Notes: a model not told the origin generated them from the letters alone. A DNA stretch of 63,328 nt, filler included, from Reticulomyxa filosa (GCA_000512085.1; 22 parts of 22 records of this genome joined end to end with filler, not necessarily neighbours in it); one strand, 5' to 3'. Positions 25,655 to 40,082 are shown, counted from the whole stretch's first letter. Program-made: numbers and translations.

Positions 25655-27385
25655 TCAGTCGATACGCTCATTCGCAGCTATCTCTCCCAAAGATATTTCA
25701 TTATTGTCTCCATGGGTTGGTTCTTCTTTCTTGTTTAACAGTTGTTTCTCTTCGTCATCAGCATCATTAATATTACTTTGGTCGTGATTCAAATTTTCTT
25801 GGTTTTGGTTTCTGAGGTCCAAATTTACTAAAAAAGAAGAATTTTTTTAAATCAATGTTTGCAAATAAGCCCTTTAACAATGTGTACATATATTTATTGG
25901 ATATTGTACTGTAAATAAATGACATACCAAAAATGAAACCACTCATAACACAAAAAGCAGCCAACCAATATAAGACAGAATGCCTTTGATTCCGAACGAT
26001 TTCATCAGCAGCCATAGCAAAGGGCATCATCATTGATATCCCAACAGCCGCAACGACAGGAGAGGCCAATAAGATGGATTGTGCCCAAAGGTAATCGCTC
26101 AAGATACTCAAAGTGGAATTTGCGACGAGCAAGCCGAAAGTCCGAAGATCTGGCCAAACAAATTTTTCCCACCCTGTGGCATTCAATACGAAAAAAAGAG
26201 GCCATGCGAACAATATATTAAAGGTGCCAATGAGTCCTATTATTATTGATCATATTATTATTATTTATTGTTTTTAATTGTATTTATTTTAAAAATTTGA
26301 TGAAGTTAAAAAAAAAAAAAAAAAAAAATTAGCACACCAAAAAATAAATACATGTTGACGCGTCCATTCTCTCCGATTTTAGCTTTGATCAGTGTTATGT
26401 CTTTACGTTAGTCGTCAACACAGGATTGGATTACAAACAATTACCGTTTAAAAAAAACAACAAAAAAAAAAAAACAACAAAAAAAAAGTTATTGACGATT
26501 TCGAAAATTTTCAAACGTTATCAATTTATTTAAAAAATAGAATGTTCAATTTGTAGGTATTCCTTAACAAATGCCATAGACAAATGCAGAAGCCAGCGCC
26601 AAGCAGTCACCCAAAAAAGTATCATGGGAGCCACTACTTTGTTGTTGATCCAGATATCCTGTCCAAATAGCTCCCGCCAATCTGTATTCAATTGATTGTT
26701 TCTGACTATTTGTCGCTTAGGTGTGTATTACGATGGAAATATATACGTCAGGTTTATGTGTAAGGGGGAATGGAAAAAAAAAAAAAAACATCAACGAATA
26801 AAAAGAGATACGTACGTCACAGCAACCCCGGTGACATTAAGGAAAGAAATATCAGTTCCTAAAAAAATACGACAAAACAATAAGCAAAAAGGACCGCTCA
26901 TACTGGACAAAATGGTATTGCTTGCCACCGATGTTTTGTCCAATGACGCATTAAATGTGTAGTTCATGATTAACCATAGCGGCCAAAATATTACGCTCAG
27001 TTTTGCCGTCTTGCTTATGTGTGTGTGTGTATGTTGTTCACATTCATTGCCGACAATGCATACCACAATCTCATGAAAAAAAATAAATGAACTAGCACAA
27101 CAAAACTTCTTTGATAGACAATTTATTGGGGCCTAAGCTTGTCGTGCAACAGTTGCAGTCATCACAAACTACAATATCGTTATGTGAGTCATTATCTTTG
27201 CTTTCATGTGTAACAGTTGCAGTAGCGCTAGTGTTATTGATATTGCCATTGCTATTGCTATTGTAATGCTTTGATTTGATATTTTCGTTTACGTCGTTGG
27301 ATTGAATTGGCCCTTGTTCGGTTGATTGTTCTTTCTTTTTTTTTTTTTTTGTATGTCGTTTGTTTAATTACGAAAGGGGAAAAAA
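25655..27385 (-). CDS. SLC35F5-like DMT/EamA transporter (multi-exon, 5' truncated)
   Basis: TAKLSVIFWPLWLIMNYTFNASLDKTSVASNTILSSMSG, GDCLALASAFVYG, LSDYLWAQSILLASPVVAAVGISMMMPFAM. Confidence 0.88.
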
Positions 27386-29549
27386 NNNNNNNNNNNNNNN
27401 NNNNNNNNNNNNNNNNNNNNNNNNNNNNNTTAATTAATTAANNNNNNNNNNNNNNNNNNNNNNNNNNNNNNNNNNNNNNNNNNNNATTGATCTTTTCTTT
27501 TTTAAACGTGTCCAACGGATACAGCATTTTTAAACATAAATGCAAAGTGTGATGCTATTCAAAGGAACTTAATTGCGTGTCAGCTTTTTTCTCAATAGAA
27601 GCAATTGAATCAAGCAGATTCTACTGAAATATTGGCAGCAACTCACTGCACTTTTTACTAGAGACAACCATAGTTATTTCAAACATAAAAAAGCAATCAG
27701 TATTCCAGATACATTTTGATCACTGTTATAGAGTTGTATGAACCTTTCTTTTACAGACTGTATGTAGTATGATTAATTGTATTGTTGTCTTGAAGATCTT
27801 CAAATTATTTTTGTGGTTGTCCAATACTCCATCTATGTTTGATTTTATTAATAGTAGCATTGCTGTTCGTGCTCATACTGCAGAGAAACGCGTTTTCAAC
27901 AAATAAAACGTATACATTTTTGGTCGTGTATGTATCAAACTATGTTTGTCAATGGATGACTTTGTACATTAGTATTTGTCTTGTCTCGCTGTTACATATA
28001 TGGTTTATAAGTCGTAAAATTAAATTATATTTGGATTACTTTGCACGTGATCCACTGTGCAAGAGAATTTTAAAAGGGTGGTGTGAGATTTGATGTTGGA
28101 TTTAGGTTTTGCTTGGGAAAATTTGTCATTTGTTTAATTGTTTTTTTTGTGTGTATAAAAGTCATCATTATCTGTAATTTTGTTTACAAATGTTTAAATT
28201 TACCTTTCTTCAACATTTTGGAATTAATTTTTTGACTAAACAAAGAAGGAAAAATTGTCAATCTTATTATTCAATTACTTGTGGATATTACTCTTATCTT
28301 CATTAGTCAAAGTAAATGAAAATTAACAACTTAATCATGTTGTCTTGTTATGAAGACAAAAGATATGAATTAAAAATAAATACCAGTTTGAAAAGTAAAT
28401 TGATATTCTTATTTTGTTCCCTTTCTTTTAAGAAAATTTGATCAAACAATTATTATTTGTTAACTCAACAAAAGAAAAAGAAAATCAAGTATATAATTAT
28501 TTTCACTTTGTCAGTGCAGAAGACTTCATCAACCTCCTAAGAATAAAGTCGTATGCTACTCACTGTCCGAAGTTTTAAAAAGACTAAAACATGACAAAGA
28601 AAAAAAAAAAAAAATGAAACTAGCTCCTTTTTGAACACCCTTTCGGTTGTCTGACGTTGTCTTTGCATTTCTCAGCAGAATTTTAGCTTTTGTTATTTTT
28701 TTAATGTATTTGGAAGGAGCAACGTTTTACTCTTCTGTGATCAAAAGGAAAAAGAAAAATGTGAATGGGTGGATTGGTGGTGTTGGAGTTCAGAAGTTTA
28801 AAAAGTTGTTGCATAATCAAATGGCAAATAACAACGGACAAGAATTATCTTTGGAATGAGAGTTATTTCTTGTTCATAAAAAAACTACCTCGTTAAACAA
28901 CGACTACTGCACATTCTTTTTGTTCAGTTGTTCTTTAAGCAAAAAAAAAAAATCAAAATAACGAATTATAAACATAGTTATGATTACTATTCTTTGAAAA
29001 GAAGATACACTTTTCTTTTCGTTTGTATTGATTGAAAGAAGCAATACTGTTCATTTGCACTACAACCCATTCGATGAGAAAAACATTACTCTTTATTATT
29101 TGTTACTTGGATGATTTGCTAGTTTTTTTTCTTTTGTTTTGTTTGTTGTGAAAGATTAAACTTCAATGTTCTGTTTTATTTGTTCACATATATTCAAAAA
29201 GCAACAATGTTTTTGTAAAGTTTGAAATCCTTATTTACACTCAAGGATAAATCATAATCAGTAATATCAAGAATTCTGACAAAGAAGGAATCATTTTTCG
29301 AATATACGCTATTATTACTATTTTTTCCCATTTATTGCACCAGAAACATCAACTTATATTCAAATGTCTTACACTTAAACCAAGAGTTTTCTTACAGACA
29401 GCAATTACGTTGTGCAAGACATTAGCATACAGAAATACAAATACTACCANNNNNNNNNNNNNNNNNNNNNNNNNNNNNNNNNNNNNNNNNNNNTTAATTA
29501 ATTAANNNNNNNNNNNNNNNNNNNNNNNNNNNNNNNNNNNNNNNNNNNN

Positions 29550-30790
29550 TAATAACTCGCGTTGCAGCAATAGTTTAAGTAGTTTGACAACTTTTTTGGA
29601 ATAAGGATGGCTATCTGGAATGGAATATTTTGCGTCCAGTATTTGCATTTTGTTTCCATCAGGAAATGGATGTTGCAAAAATGCCATTATAAAAAAGATC
29701 ACACCCAATGCCCAAATGTCCACTTTCACTGACAATGGTTTTCGCTTTTTTTTTTTGGGGGGGGGGGAGGGGGAGGGGGTATTAAAATACACTTATATAC
29801 TTACATGTACATCATATGCACATATGCATATGTGCATATGAAATGACACTCAACTTGATACAAGTCAATCATTTCAGGACAACGATAGCTCGGCGTTGTA
29901 TATCTATCGATTGAATCTTGTTCCAAGGAATTTCATCGAGCTCTTGACAAACCTTAGGCGTCCCATCGACGCAACTGCCAAAGTCACATATTTTCAAAAG
30001 CATTTGCATTTCGGTCTTGCTCAAGTTGTCGTGGTTGGAATCGACGGAAATATGCTCTTTGGAAACCACGCGAGTATGCGTGATCAAAACATTTTCCACC
30101 TTCATGTCGCGATGCGCCAAGGGCGGTGTCAGATTGTGTATGTGAGCGATGCCTCGAGCAATGTGCAAAAATAAAAACCACAAATGCTTTTCTTTCAACA
30201 TTTGGTTTTTACTTTGTTGTTTTTTGATAAATGATATCAGTGACTCGGGCATGTATTCCATTAATATATAATGTCCATTCAACACCGGATTGTTTTTTTC
30301 ATTTATTACGCAATATCCATAGTATTCCACTATATTTTCATGTTTCCCAATTTTCTCCTTTTTTTTTTTATTTTTTTATTTTTTTATTTTTTTGTTTGTT
30401 CGGATTGTCACATTTTTTTTTTTTTTTTATAATACCAAAGTTTCAATTTCTTGTAACACGAGACTCAATTGCTCATTCGTCGCACATCGACAATGTTTTA
30501 CCGCCTATTTTTTTGTTTGTTTTCATTCCCCTTCATTCTTCTTCTTCGCTTTGCTCCACTTATTTCATTTGCCAACACACACATAAAGTGGATATCTCAA
30601 CGTATTTCATGTTTTTGTGGATGCCCAAATATACTGTTGCAAATCCCCCTTCTCCCAATTTCTCTTGGATTGTTATATTTTTCTGCTTGATGGTTATTAC
30701 CGTCCCTGCGGGAACTGTTCCGTCCGATGGCGATGACGCGTTGTTAAAAATACTCGAAAAAAAACTATTTTTACCAAGTTTAACACGAAC
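29550..30790 (-). CDS. Numb-associated kinase (NAK; AAK1/BMP2K-like) Ser/Thr kinase (spliced, 3' truncated; start uncertain)
   Basis: LGEGGFATVY, AVKH, ILMEY, PPLAHRDMKVENVL, KICDFGSC, VDIWALG..HPFPDGNKMQILDAKYSIP..YS. Confidence 0.9.
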
Positions 30791-31715
30791 ACTTTTTTTT
30801 AACAAAAAAAAAATCAAATATATCTCTCAAAAACTTCATATTCTTTGCAAATGCTGCAGTAGTTTAAATTTAGCAATTACAATTTTATTTCTTATTCACT
30901 CCAAACACAAAAAATCAACAAAATTTGGCTCAGTTCTTCAGAGACGTGTCACCCAACCTTTTCAACGCTTGCTTGTTGACCATTAAATAACAGCTTGGAC
31001 TTTAAGTTTCAAGAAAAAAATCGGATTTTTATCATTTCTTTGACTTATCTTAATTCATTGCGTCACAGTGGACTTATTCACTACTTTTCCTCACTAGCAA
31101 GACCGAAGAGAGTTGGTTGAAGTCTTATTGTTTATATGACAGAGAATTTGTGTTATTTTTGCAATCCAATAGAACAGCTCCCAATTTGTAATATTTTCAT
31201 TTTGTTTTGAGATCGAAAAGAACATCTTTCAAAATTGCATATTACCTTTCTTCAACGGTTTTGAAAATATACATTTTTGAGCCAATTAAGAAAATAAAAA
31301 AGTATTGACGGTTTAATGACAAAGATTTCTATAATGTCTTAATGATCCTCTAATTCCAACACGATAACGCAAGAAACACAAAAAGCAGTGTTTACTCAAG
31401 TGGAAAACGCACAATGTTAGAGAGAGGGAAGGGAGAAACATTCAAATTTTCAAAACAATGTAATGATTGCAATGCTCAATTGCAAGCTATGTATCTAAGA
31501 TGGAAGTAAAATTCAATATAGTTTTTATTTTTGCTTCATTTGTTAAGAAGTAAAAGCACATTAACAACATTTAAAGTCGCCTTTTTTTCTCTAAGCAAAA
31601 AGTGTCTTTGGCAAAAGGGGGACCAAAAGAAAAAAAAAATGCGCATTTGCGTATTTTCATGATTTATTTTATAATTATCATTATTATTATTATTTTTTTT
31701 TTTTTGTCCTTTGAT

Positions 31716-32623
31716 TTAAATTTTGTTTAACAACAGTTGGAGTACATTGATCAACTGTTCTGTCTCTTGCAGTAATTTATTGCTATACTCTTCATTTTTG
31801 ATCAACTGAATGACCGCCACTAGCACCTTCAAACTGTTTTCCAACACTTTTTTATAATTTTCCAGAATGTGCTTTTCGTTAATTTTGAAAGGGAGATTCG
31901 GATTATTTTCATTGAAATGAGCAATTTCTTGGAACATATCTGCAGGTATCTCTGCCAGCACGTGTTGATGTCCAGGGGATTTAAGCAAATGTTGGATGAG
32001 GATGGACAAGCGATATTTGACCAAATGAATGATGTTCATCGACAATGTGCCACGGTAGTGACTGTCATTGACATCTTGAATTTTGGTAAAGTCTGTTGAT
32101 TCATTCATCAACCGCAGTGCAATTACCTCCTTGTTTTGACAGCACAGCTCCATGATGATATCCCCTTTAATTTTATACGAGTCCAATTTCCACGTCGTTG
32201 CCAAGTCCAACGCGATGGGTATGTTTTTCCTCGCAATCTTCATGATGCACTGATACTTGGTCGTCGATTGATCTTTTTCTTGAGGTTTCGGAAGAGCCTT
32301 TGATTGCCTTGTTGTAAGCAAGCAAGCAAGCAAGAAAGTAGAAAGCATAAACACAGATATATGCATGTTACCAAAAAAAAAAAAAAAAACAAGCAAATAA
32401 AATGAAACTTTTGTGGTCGACGTTCAAACGTCGATGAGTGATAATATTTTGCCAACAAATTGGCATTTTGGGAATTGTCAGAATTACTCGATACAAAAAA
32501 GTCTGTTGTGAATAAAGATGAATTGAATTCTTGAAACTCGGGAAATATTTTGGTGATTTCGATTTCATCCTTTGGTTGCTCTTTGGCATTGGCAGCCATG
32601 TTATTATTATTATTATTATTATT
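31716..32623 (-). CDS. Probable RAB3GAP2 (non-catalytic subunit) C-terminal region
   Basis: ALDLATTWKLD..IIMELC, LSMNIIHLVKYRL and VLAEIPADMFQEI follow the spacing of the RAB3GAP2 C-terminus as recalled (DLAHHLQV..VGELY / LASQLLVLTGQRL / LLARLPPTLCTWL). Confidence 0.5.
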
Positions 32624-32723
32624 NNNNNNNNNNNNNNNNNNNNNNNNNNNNNNNNNNNNNNNNNNNNTTAATTAATTAANNNNNNNNNNNNNNNNNNNNN
32701 NNNNNNNNNNNNNNNNNNNNNNN

Positions 32724-35602
32724 ACAATTCTCTTTGGAATATTTCACATAATCTTGTTCTTGTAATAGATAGTATTGCCAAAGAATGTGTACGGTCTGTT
32801 CCCAATCGATATCACTGCTGTTAAATCGCACACAGATTTCTTCTACATGTTTTATCGTGTTTTGACGGAGTGTTTTAGTGTTATACTTGATTGTCCACGT
32901 TTTGCCCATGCCTACACTATTGGACTGGTATAACTGAACAAGAGGCTTTTGTTTATCATTGCATGTCAAAAATGTGTTCAACGAGTTACAATACAAACTC
33001 TGGCCTATGTCAAGAACATTGTAGATGGAGTTATCGACATTCCATTTATAGTTTTGCAAACTACGTGCCAAATCGTTGCATTCATCCGAAGAAACCACTG
33101 CAAGCACATAGTAGGAAGTGGCTCTAGATTGCAAGGATGTCAAAAGTAAACCTTGAAACAGCTGAACGACTTTGCTCAATACTTCCATTCGCAATTTTTC
33201 GGGCCAAACCAGACAATACAACGGAGTTTTATCACTTCTTAGCGTGCAGTGCAAGACGCGGAGCAACATGCACTCTATCTCTTCTTCCGTCGTTGTTTCT
33301 TTGCAAATCAATACATGCTCTGTTCGTGGAATCATTGAAAGAGATTTAAATAAATCCACGACGAGATTCAGCTCTTTACCGTGTTTCGAGAGAAACAAAT
33401 TGGGCCGACCCCTTCTCAAACTATGAAGCTCCAAATCCTTGTTCGGTGCATTTTTGTTATTTTCAGAGTATTCCCAAACTTTTGTTACAATGTCCCCAAG
33501 CTTCTCTAATCGACTCATATTATCGCTGTTTGTGGCTCTTTCTTTGAAATGTCTTTTCCATGTGCGCACCATAGGCAACACATCTTGCAGACTCCAATTC
33601 AATCTTTGCAAAAATGGTAAAATAAGCTTGGAGGCCAATAAGCTCAAGTGTTGATCATCAAGCGAGCAAATGCTGTCGAAACTTTGAATTAAATTTTGTG
33701 CTTCGTTCATCGTGAAATAGGTTAACCCAAAATATGATTTCCTCAGTCTTCGACACTCTTTTTTCCAAATACCGAGCAGCTCTTTTATTTTTTTTTTACG
33801 AGTCTCGAAAATTGTGACGTTGTCTACCGCCAGCTCAAACAGCGATGTATTCGAACGTCCACCTTTTTCCCAATAATCCATGCGAAGCGAGTAAATCTCT
33901 TTGCAAATTCCAAACTGATAAACAATGGCCTCAACATCTGGTCTTTGTCTGTCCGATATCGATCGATCAATACTGCACCCCACTTCTTCACAGCTCAAAT
34001 TTTTTTTCCCAATTTGTAATGTCAATCCTTCATACGCCGCGTTTTTCATTTCTTCTTTTTTTTCTTCTTTTGCTTCTTCGTGGTTCTGCCTTTCACATAT
34101 TATGCGACAATCTTCAAACACCCATTTTCCGATCTTTCTTACATCTTTGAATACGTGAGGTGCCGCTGGTGATGAAATAGATGTTTTGTGCTGCGGTAGC
34201 AATTGCGAGCAATTGATTGTTAAACTGCTTTCTAATTGACTTGCAAAATTGGAAGTATCATCCGGTAGTTTTAGTAGTGCCATGGCCAAAGAGGTAAATG
34301 TTTCAAAGTGCACCTTCCATATATACTCAGACATGACCAAGTGCATTTGACGTAAGCTCTCCGCCAATGGATAAAAATCTTGCTGTTTGGAATCCTCCAA
34401 TGCTTTAAGAGCTTGTTCGTTTTCATAAATCAATTGCAGAATTGCTATGTGCTTGGTTGCATCCCCTACGTAGTCCGTGCAGGTATCGTACAATTTGGCT
34501 GCGTTTTCAATCACTACGTTTTGCTTGTCACAAAGCATTTCGTCAATTGCTGCTAACTTTTCTTCAAAGTCTTGCCATGTCCTATCCTGCCTAATGCTGG
34601 ATTTCTCTTTGTGAAATTTTTGAATTGTTTGCGTCGCTCGCTTCAATGCCGTCCAACCTTTATTCGCTGTTTCCAATCGGCCAGCTTTTTCTGTTTGCTC
34701 CATCTTGCTTTGCAATGCTTTATCAACTTTCTCTTGTTTCATTTCTGGTACCAATATGTCCATTTCCAATTTCCAATTTGCATTTTCAAACCATCTCGCA
34801 TCAGCAAATTGCAATGTGTTATTTTTGATCGCCTTTGATTTAAAAAAAAAAACAATGTATAAAAAACAATTTTTGTTGTGTGATAATTCAAAAAATAGTA
34901 ACTTTGGATAGATGCTCCCATGTTTGATTCGCACTCTCAAATACGCTCATATATGCTTCAAAGGAGATGCGTTCAACGATATCTTTGCAGATGCTCAATT
35001 TGCGTTTAAACGTCTTGTGAGGATATTCTGCGAGCATTGAGGTTCGTATTAATGCCGATTCAGGTTCTTTCACGTATTCATTCCACAGATTGCGGAATAT
35101 TACACTATCCTTTCGGTCGATCATAAGTTGTAACTCCTTTGCAAAGCGTTTTAATAATTGCAAGATTTGATCGTTTGCTTTATGTATATTTGCTAAAGTA
35201 CAATATTCCCATTTTTTCAAACTATTGTAAAAGATTTCCGTTTCATACGAAAGATTCATGTTATATGCTGATGACACTTTCAAAAAATTTTGTTGAAGGA
35301 TTTCAAATTGATCAAATTCTTCCATTGTAGATGTCCATAACTGCAGATTCATGAATGGACCATAATATAATTTTATTCTTTCCTCATTATGATCTGTTTT
35401 AATAAACTTATACAACGAATAATTAAGTTCATTTTTTTTTATTATATCATACAAATGTCCAAATATCTTTTTTATGAAATTATGCAACTGTTCAAAGCTT
35501 TTTATTTGTTTGTCCATCAAACCTTTCCAAGGGATACATGCGACGCAATATTTCAGCACGTGTTTAAAATAATCGGATTGCTTTGCCAATAACTCATCGT
35601 CC
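32724..35602 (-). CDS. RNF213/mysterin-like giant AAA+ protein, internal fragment (stalk to AAA core; one intron near 34835-34902)
   Basis: DSVIFRNLWNEY; YFGLTYFT; GRPNLFL; PRTEHVLICKETTTEEEIECMLLRV; LYCLVWPEKL; SNSVGMGKT Walker A. Same motifs in the same order as RNF213. Confidence 0.8.
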
Positions 35603-35702
35603 NNNNNNNNNNNNNNNNNNNNNNNNNNNNNNNNNNNNNNNNNNNNTTAATTAATTAANNNNNNNNNNNNNNNNNNNNNNNNNNNNNNNNNNNNNNNNNN
35701 NN

Positions 35703-36512
<810 letters not shown>

Positions 36513-36896
36513 TTGACAAAGAAAAATGAAGACCATTTTGTGCGAGAGAATTGCGAGCATAACAAAATTTGAAAATATAATCCATTATTTGAGGTTTCGT
36601 ACGATTTATCGCCTCAAAATATTAAATTGTTTGTTTAGTGGCTTTGTTTTTTTTTTTTTTTTTTGCTAACAAACATTTGTAGTGTTTTTACTCTTTGGTT
36701 GTACTGACCAAAAGAGGGGTGATATAATATTAATAAAAATATATCGCACATTTTAGTTTCAACTGAAAGTAATTTTGCATTTAAAAAAATAAAATTTTTT
36801 TGAATTTCTTTAAAAGGAAAAATTTACGGAAAATTCAAAACAATCATATATAAAAAAAAAAACAGCTATAGTTTTAAATAAGGAAAAAAAAAGAAA

Positions 36897-37919
36897 TTAA
36901 TAAATTAAAAAACGAGGATTTTGACAATAATGAGTGGCAAAAATACGACCAAAATGGGTTGGTTGGGAAAAAGCAACCTGATGTTTTTTAATAACAATCC
37001 CATAAATAAAATGTTGTCTCAGAGTATCAATAATAGTAGAAGCGATTCCCCTTTTACGATATTTGGAATGAACCCATAATTTAACAATACCAACATAGCA
37101 AGGAATGCTGTTATTATTGCTATTATTATTATTATTTTTTTCGTTATCTTCTTCTTCTTTTTCCATTAATACACAATTAATTACATCTTCTTTTATGTAA
37201 TGACCACACTTTATGGATTCACATACGACACATCCTATCATTTCTTTGAGTGCATTTACATAAATATATACATATTCATTGTTTCTGATGGATTCGTCGG
37301 ATTTATAAACGTTTTGCTCAATGCTTTCTCCAACATCTGATCCCAAACAACGATCCATGTTTTCAATTAATTTAAATATCAAGCAATTTTTTGGTAATGT
37401 TTTTATATTTTCGTAATTTAAAAATAATATTTTACTATTTGAATGATTGTACAATATTTTATTATTATTCTCATTCTCATCTCCATTTTTGTTTAAATAT
37501 AATTTCATTTGCATTTGTCTCCCTTTTCCTTTTTCTTTTTCTTTTTCTTTTGCATTATCATTTATCTGCTCATTGGAAAATTCTTTAATTATATACTTTT
37601 TCAGATATTCACTTTCATATAAAAATATTTCCTCTTCTTCTTTTTTATTGTCGTTACTTAATTTCGATTTCAAGTTCACTTTAGTACTTACTTTATTTTC
37701 ATATCTCTGCTGTCCTCGAAGAACAGGAAATGAAAGAACGCTTTGTTTTAACGTATTCTTTGAATTATTTTGCTGTTCATTGTTTGTGTTCTTTTCGGTT
37801 TGTCCTTCTTCTTCTTCTTCTTCAGCTTGTTTTGACTTTGAGTCGAGCCGTCTTCTTTTTATTAACGGGGATATATTTGAAAGGCTTTTTTCTTCCAAGT
37901 CTTGTCTTTTTCTTTTCAT
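36897..37919 (-). CDS. ECO1: Eco1/ESCO cohesin acetyltransferase-like protein (intronless)
   Basis: IGCVVCE, VGIVKLWVHSKYRKRGIASTIID..HFIYG..VAFSQPTHFGRIFA..FLIY*; partial PIP-like motif QSVLSF. Confidence 0.9.
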   Translation of the reverse strand: MKRKRQDLEEKSLSNISPLIKRRRLDSKSKQAEEEEEEGQTEKNTNNEQQNNSKNTLKQSVLSFPVLRGQQRYENKVSTKVNLKSKLSNDNKKEEEEIFLYESEYLKKYIIKEFSNEQINDNAKEKEKEKGKGRQMQMKLYLNKNGDENENNNKILYNHSNSKILFLNYENIKTLPKNCLIFKLIENMDRCLGSDVGESIEQNVYKSDESIRNNEYVYIYVNALKEMIGCVVCESIKCGHYIKEDVINCVLMEKEEEDNEKNNNNNSNNNSIPCYVGIVKLWVHSKYRKRGIASTIIDTLRQHFIYGIVIKKHQVAFSQPTHFGRIFATHYCQNPRFLIY

Positions 37920-38399
37920 TTTTTTTCGAAATGTTTTTTTTGTTGTAAAGGGACAGTGAATTTCAATAACTTTAAAACTAGTGAAGTAGAAACAAAAAAA
38001 AAATTTTAAGAATTGATAATCTTGGTTTTTTTCTATATTATTCTTATTTTAATCTATAATTTATAAAATTTTCATTGATGTTGAATATTTTTGATTGGGT
38101 TTGTTTTCAAAATTTACATTTTATTAAATAATACGTTCATATTGTACATATGACATTTGTCTATGCATCATTTGGTAGCTAGTGCCCAAAATTAAACCAA
38201 ATTTGAAGACTTGCAAATAGCCATTGAGTGCTAGAAGATGTCAACATAGAAATGTTAACAAGGTAACTTCAAACGCAAAAAATTGGAACACAAACTTTGT
38301 GTGATGAATTTTTCAACTTGTTGTTATGGTGAATGATTTGGCTTTGAAATAACTGACTTATCAAATTGGAGCATACCACTCGACAAAAAGACAAAAGGT

Positions 38400-38521
38400 G
38401 AACTGCCAGACAAATTCCAGAAATTTCCAATTTCAATTGGTGTTATACCAGACAATTCATTTTGAACCAAAAGTAAGGCTATCAATTCAAACAGATTTCC
38501 AAGTTCTTTTGGTATTGTACC
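38400..38521 (-). pseudogene. Relic of a plant-type (extracellular) LRR gene
   Basis: Minus strand reads GTIPKELGNLFELIALLLVQNELSGITPIEIGNF; flanks are broken by stops. Confidence 0.65.
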
Positions 38522-40082
38522 AAAAAAACACAGACAAAAAAGAAAATTACATAAAGAGTTGATGGTGAACGAACAAAAAATATTATAATTTGATCATATT
38601 ATCACTGTCAAATTTCATTGGAAAATAAGCATATATATTTTATAAAAAACGATAAAAAAAATATCAACTTAACATATTAGAGCTAAGGTCGACTGTAATT
38701 TCGCTACATTTACAATCCATTTGAATATTGAGACAGATAACATTTTTGGATTGTCTATTTTTAGAATTACAAATCACTCCTTCAAATGAACGTCTATCAC
38801 TTGATAAAATACTCCAATTCAGTTAGTGTGGTTGCGTTATAAAAGTATAGTAATACATTCATATAAGATAAAGATAAATTTGACCTCCAAGATCATCGTT
38901 AAAGAACATTGAGCAAAAAAATAAAAGTTTAAAGTAAAAAAAGCTAGTCTTTCAATGAAAAAAATCTAATGTCACAGAAAACAAATTACAATTTTAAAAA
39001 GACATCTGATACTATATATGGAGCAGAATTTGTATTAAATAAAAATAAATTGTTCAATTAGTGGGCATGTTAGCTTGTGGTACAAATCAGAACAAAAATA
39101 AATATTTTCAAGTTATGTGCTTATATTTCGATTTTCATTGAATAGAATGACACAATTCAAAGAAAGTTGAATTTTGTGTGTTCATTGGTAAATTTATTTC
39201 TTTGTTGACACTTGGATGATAACGATTATTACATATAATTTTATTTTCTTCGTAAAAGCATTAAAATTTTTTTTTTGATACTTTTAATAAATGCATATTC
39301 ATTAGAACATCATTTTAGTTTTGTTTAAATGTTTGTTGGAATTGATCAATAATTAAAAAAAGTAATTAAATTGATATTTATGCGTTTTTTTAAATATAAC
39401 AAGTGCTGTGTCTTTGTAATATTCTCTTTTATATTGTTTGCAATGAATTTTTCACTGACAAAAAAAATTATAGCACAAATAATACTGGTCAAAGCAATAA
39501 TGTCACTTTTCTTAACATGGCAAGCATTCTCATTGTCTCATTTGAAAGATTATAATTGGATGGATTGCATCCAAGATGCACAATATCGAGCCCCTCATTT
39601 CTATGTACCGCACGTGCAGTCTGAAATACTCTTGTGACATACGTGTAACCAGTAATGATATTCAGTATGCTTAGCACAAAAGTTCTAATTATAACGAGTT
39701 CTTCAAAAGAGCTCACGGCATTTCCAATACAATTATCCTTCATTAAACAAAGAGAAAGGGAAATTAAAATCATACACTAAACTACTTTGAAAATTTTTTT
39801 CTTCAATAGAAAAAAAAGTTTTACGTTCAACTTCAGTTTTTTGAAAATCCTTTTCTTATTTCTTTTCACATTTTATAATAACTCAGCTTTTTAGGATAAA
39901 AAAGAACATTTTTGCATCTATAGTCACGTTTTCAGCGCAAATCTGATTTTTTTAAAGATTTTGAAGCAATTGTAATCTTGAGTTAAAGAGTTTTTTTCTA
40001 CGGAGGGGAAAAAACTTTCCGATTATGAAACTTAGTAACAAATAAATCTTTTACTTTGGAAAATATCGTACATAAAGCATAT

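Noticed and set aside
27486-29449. Hydrophobic ORF fragments (e.g. 27839-28093) as a receptor gene
   Set aside because: Interrupted by stops with no recognisable motif; at most a decayed membrane-protein gene.
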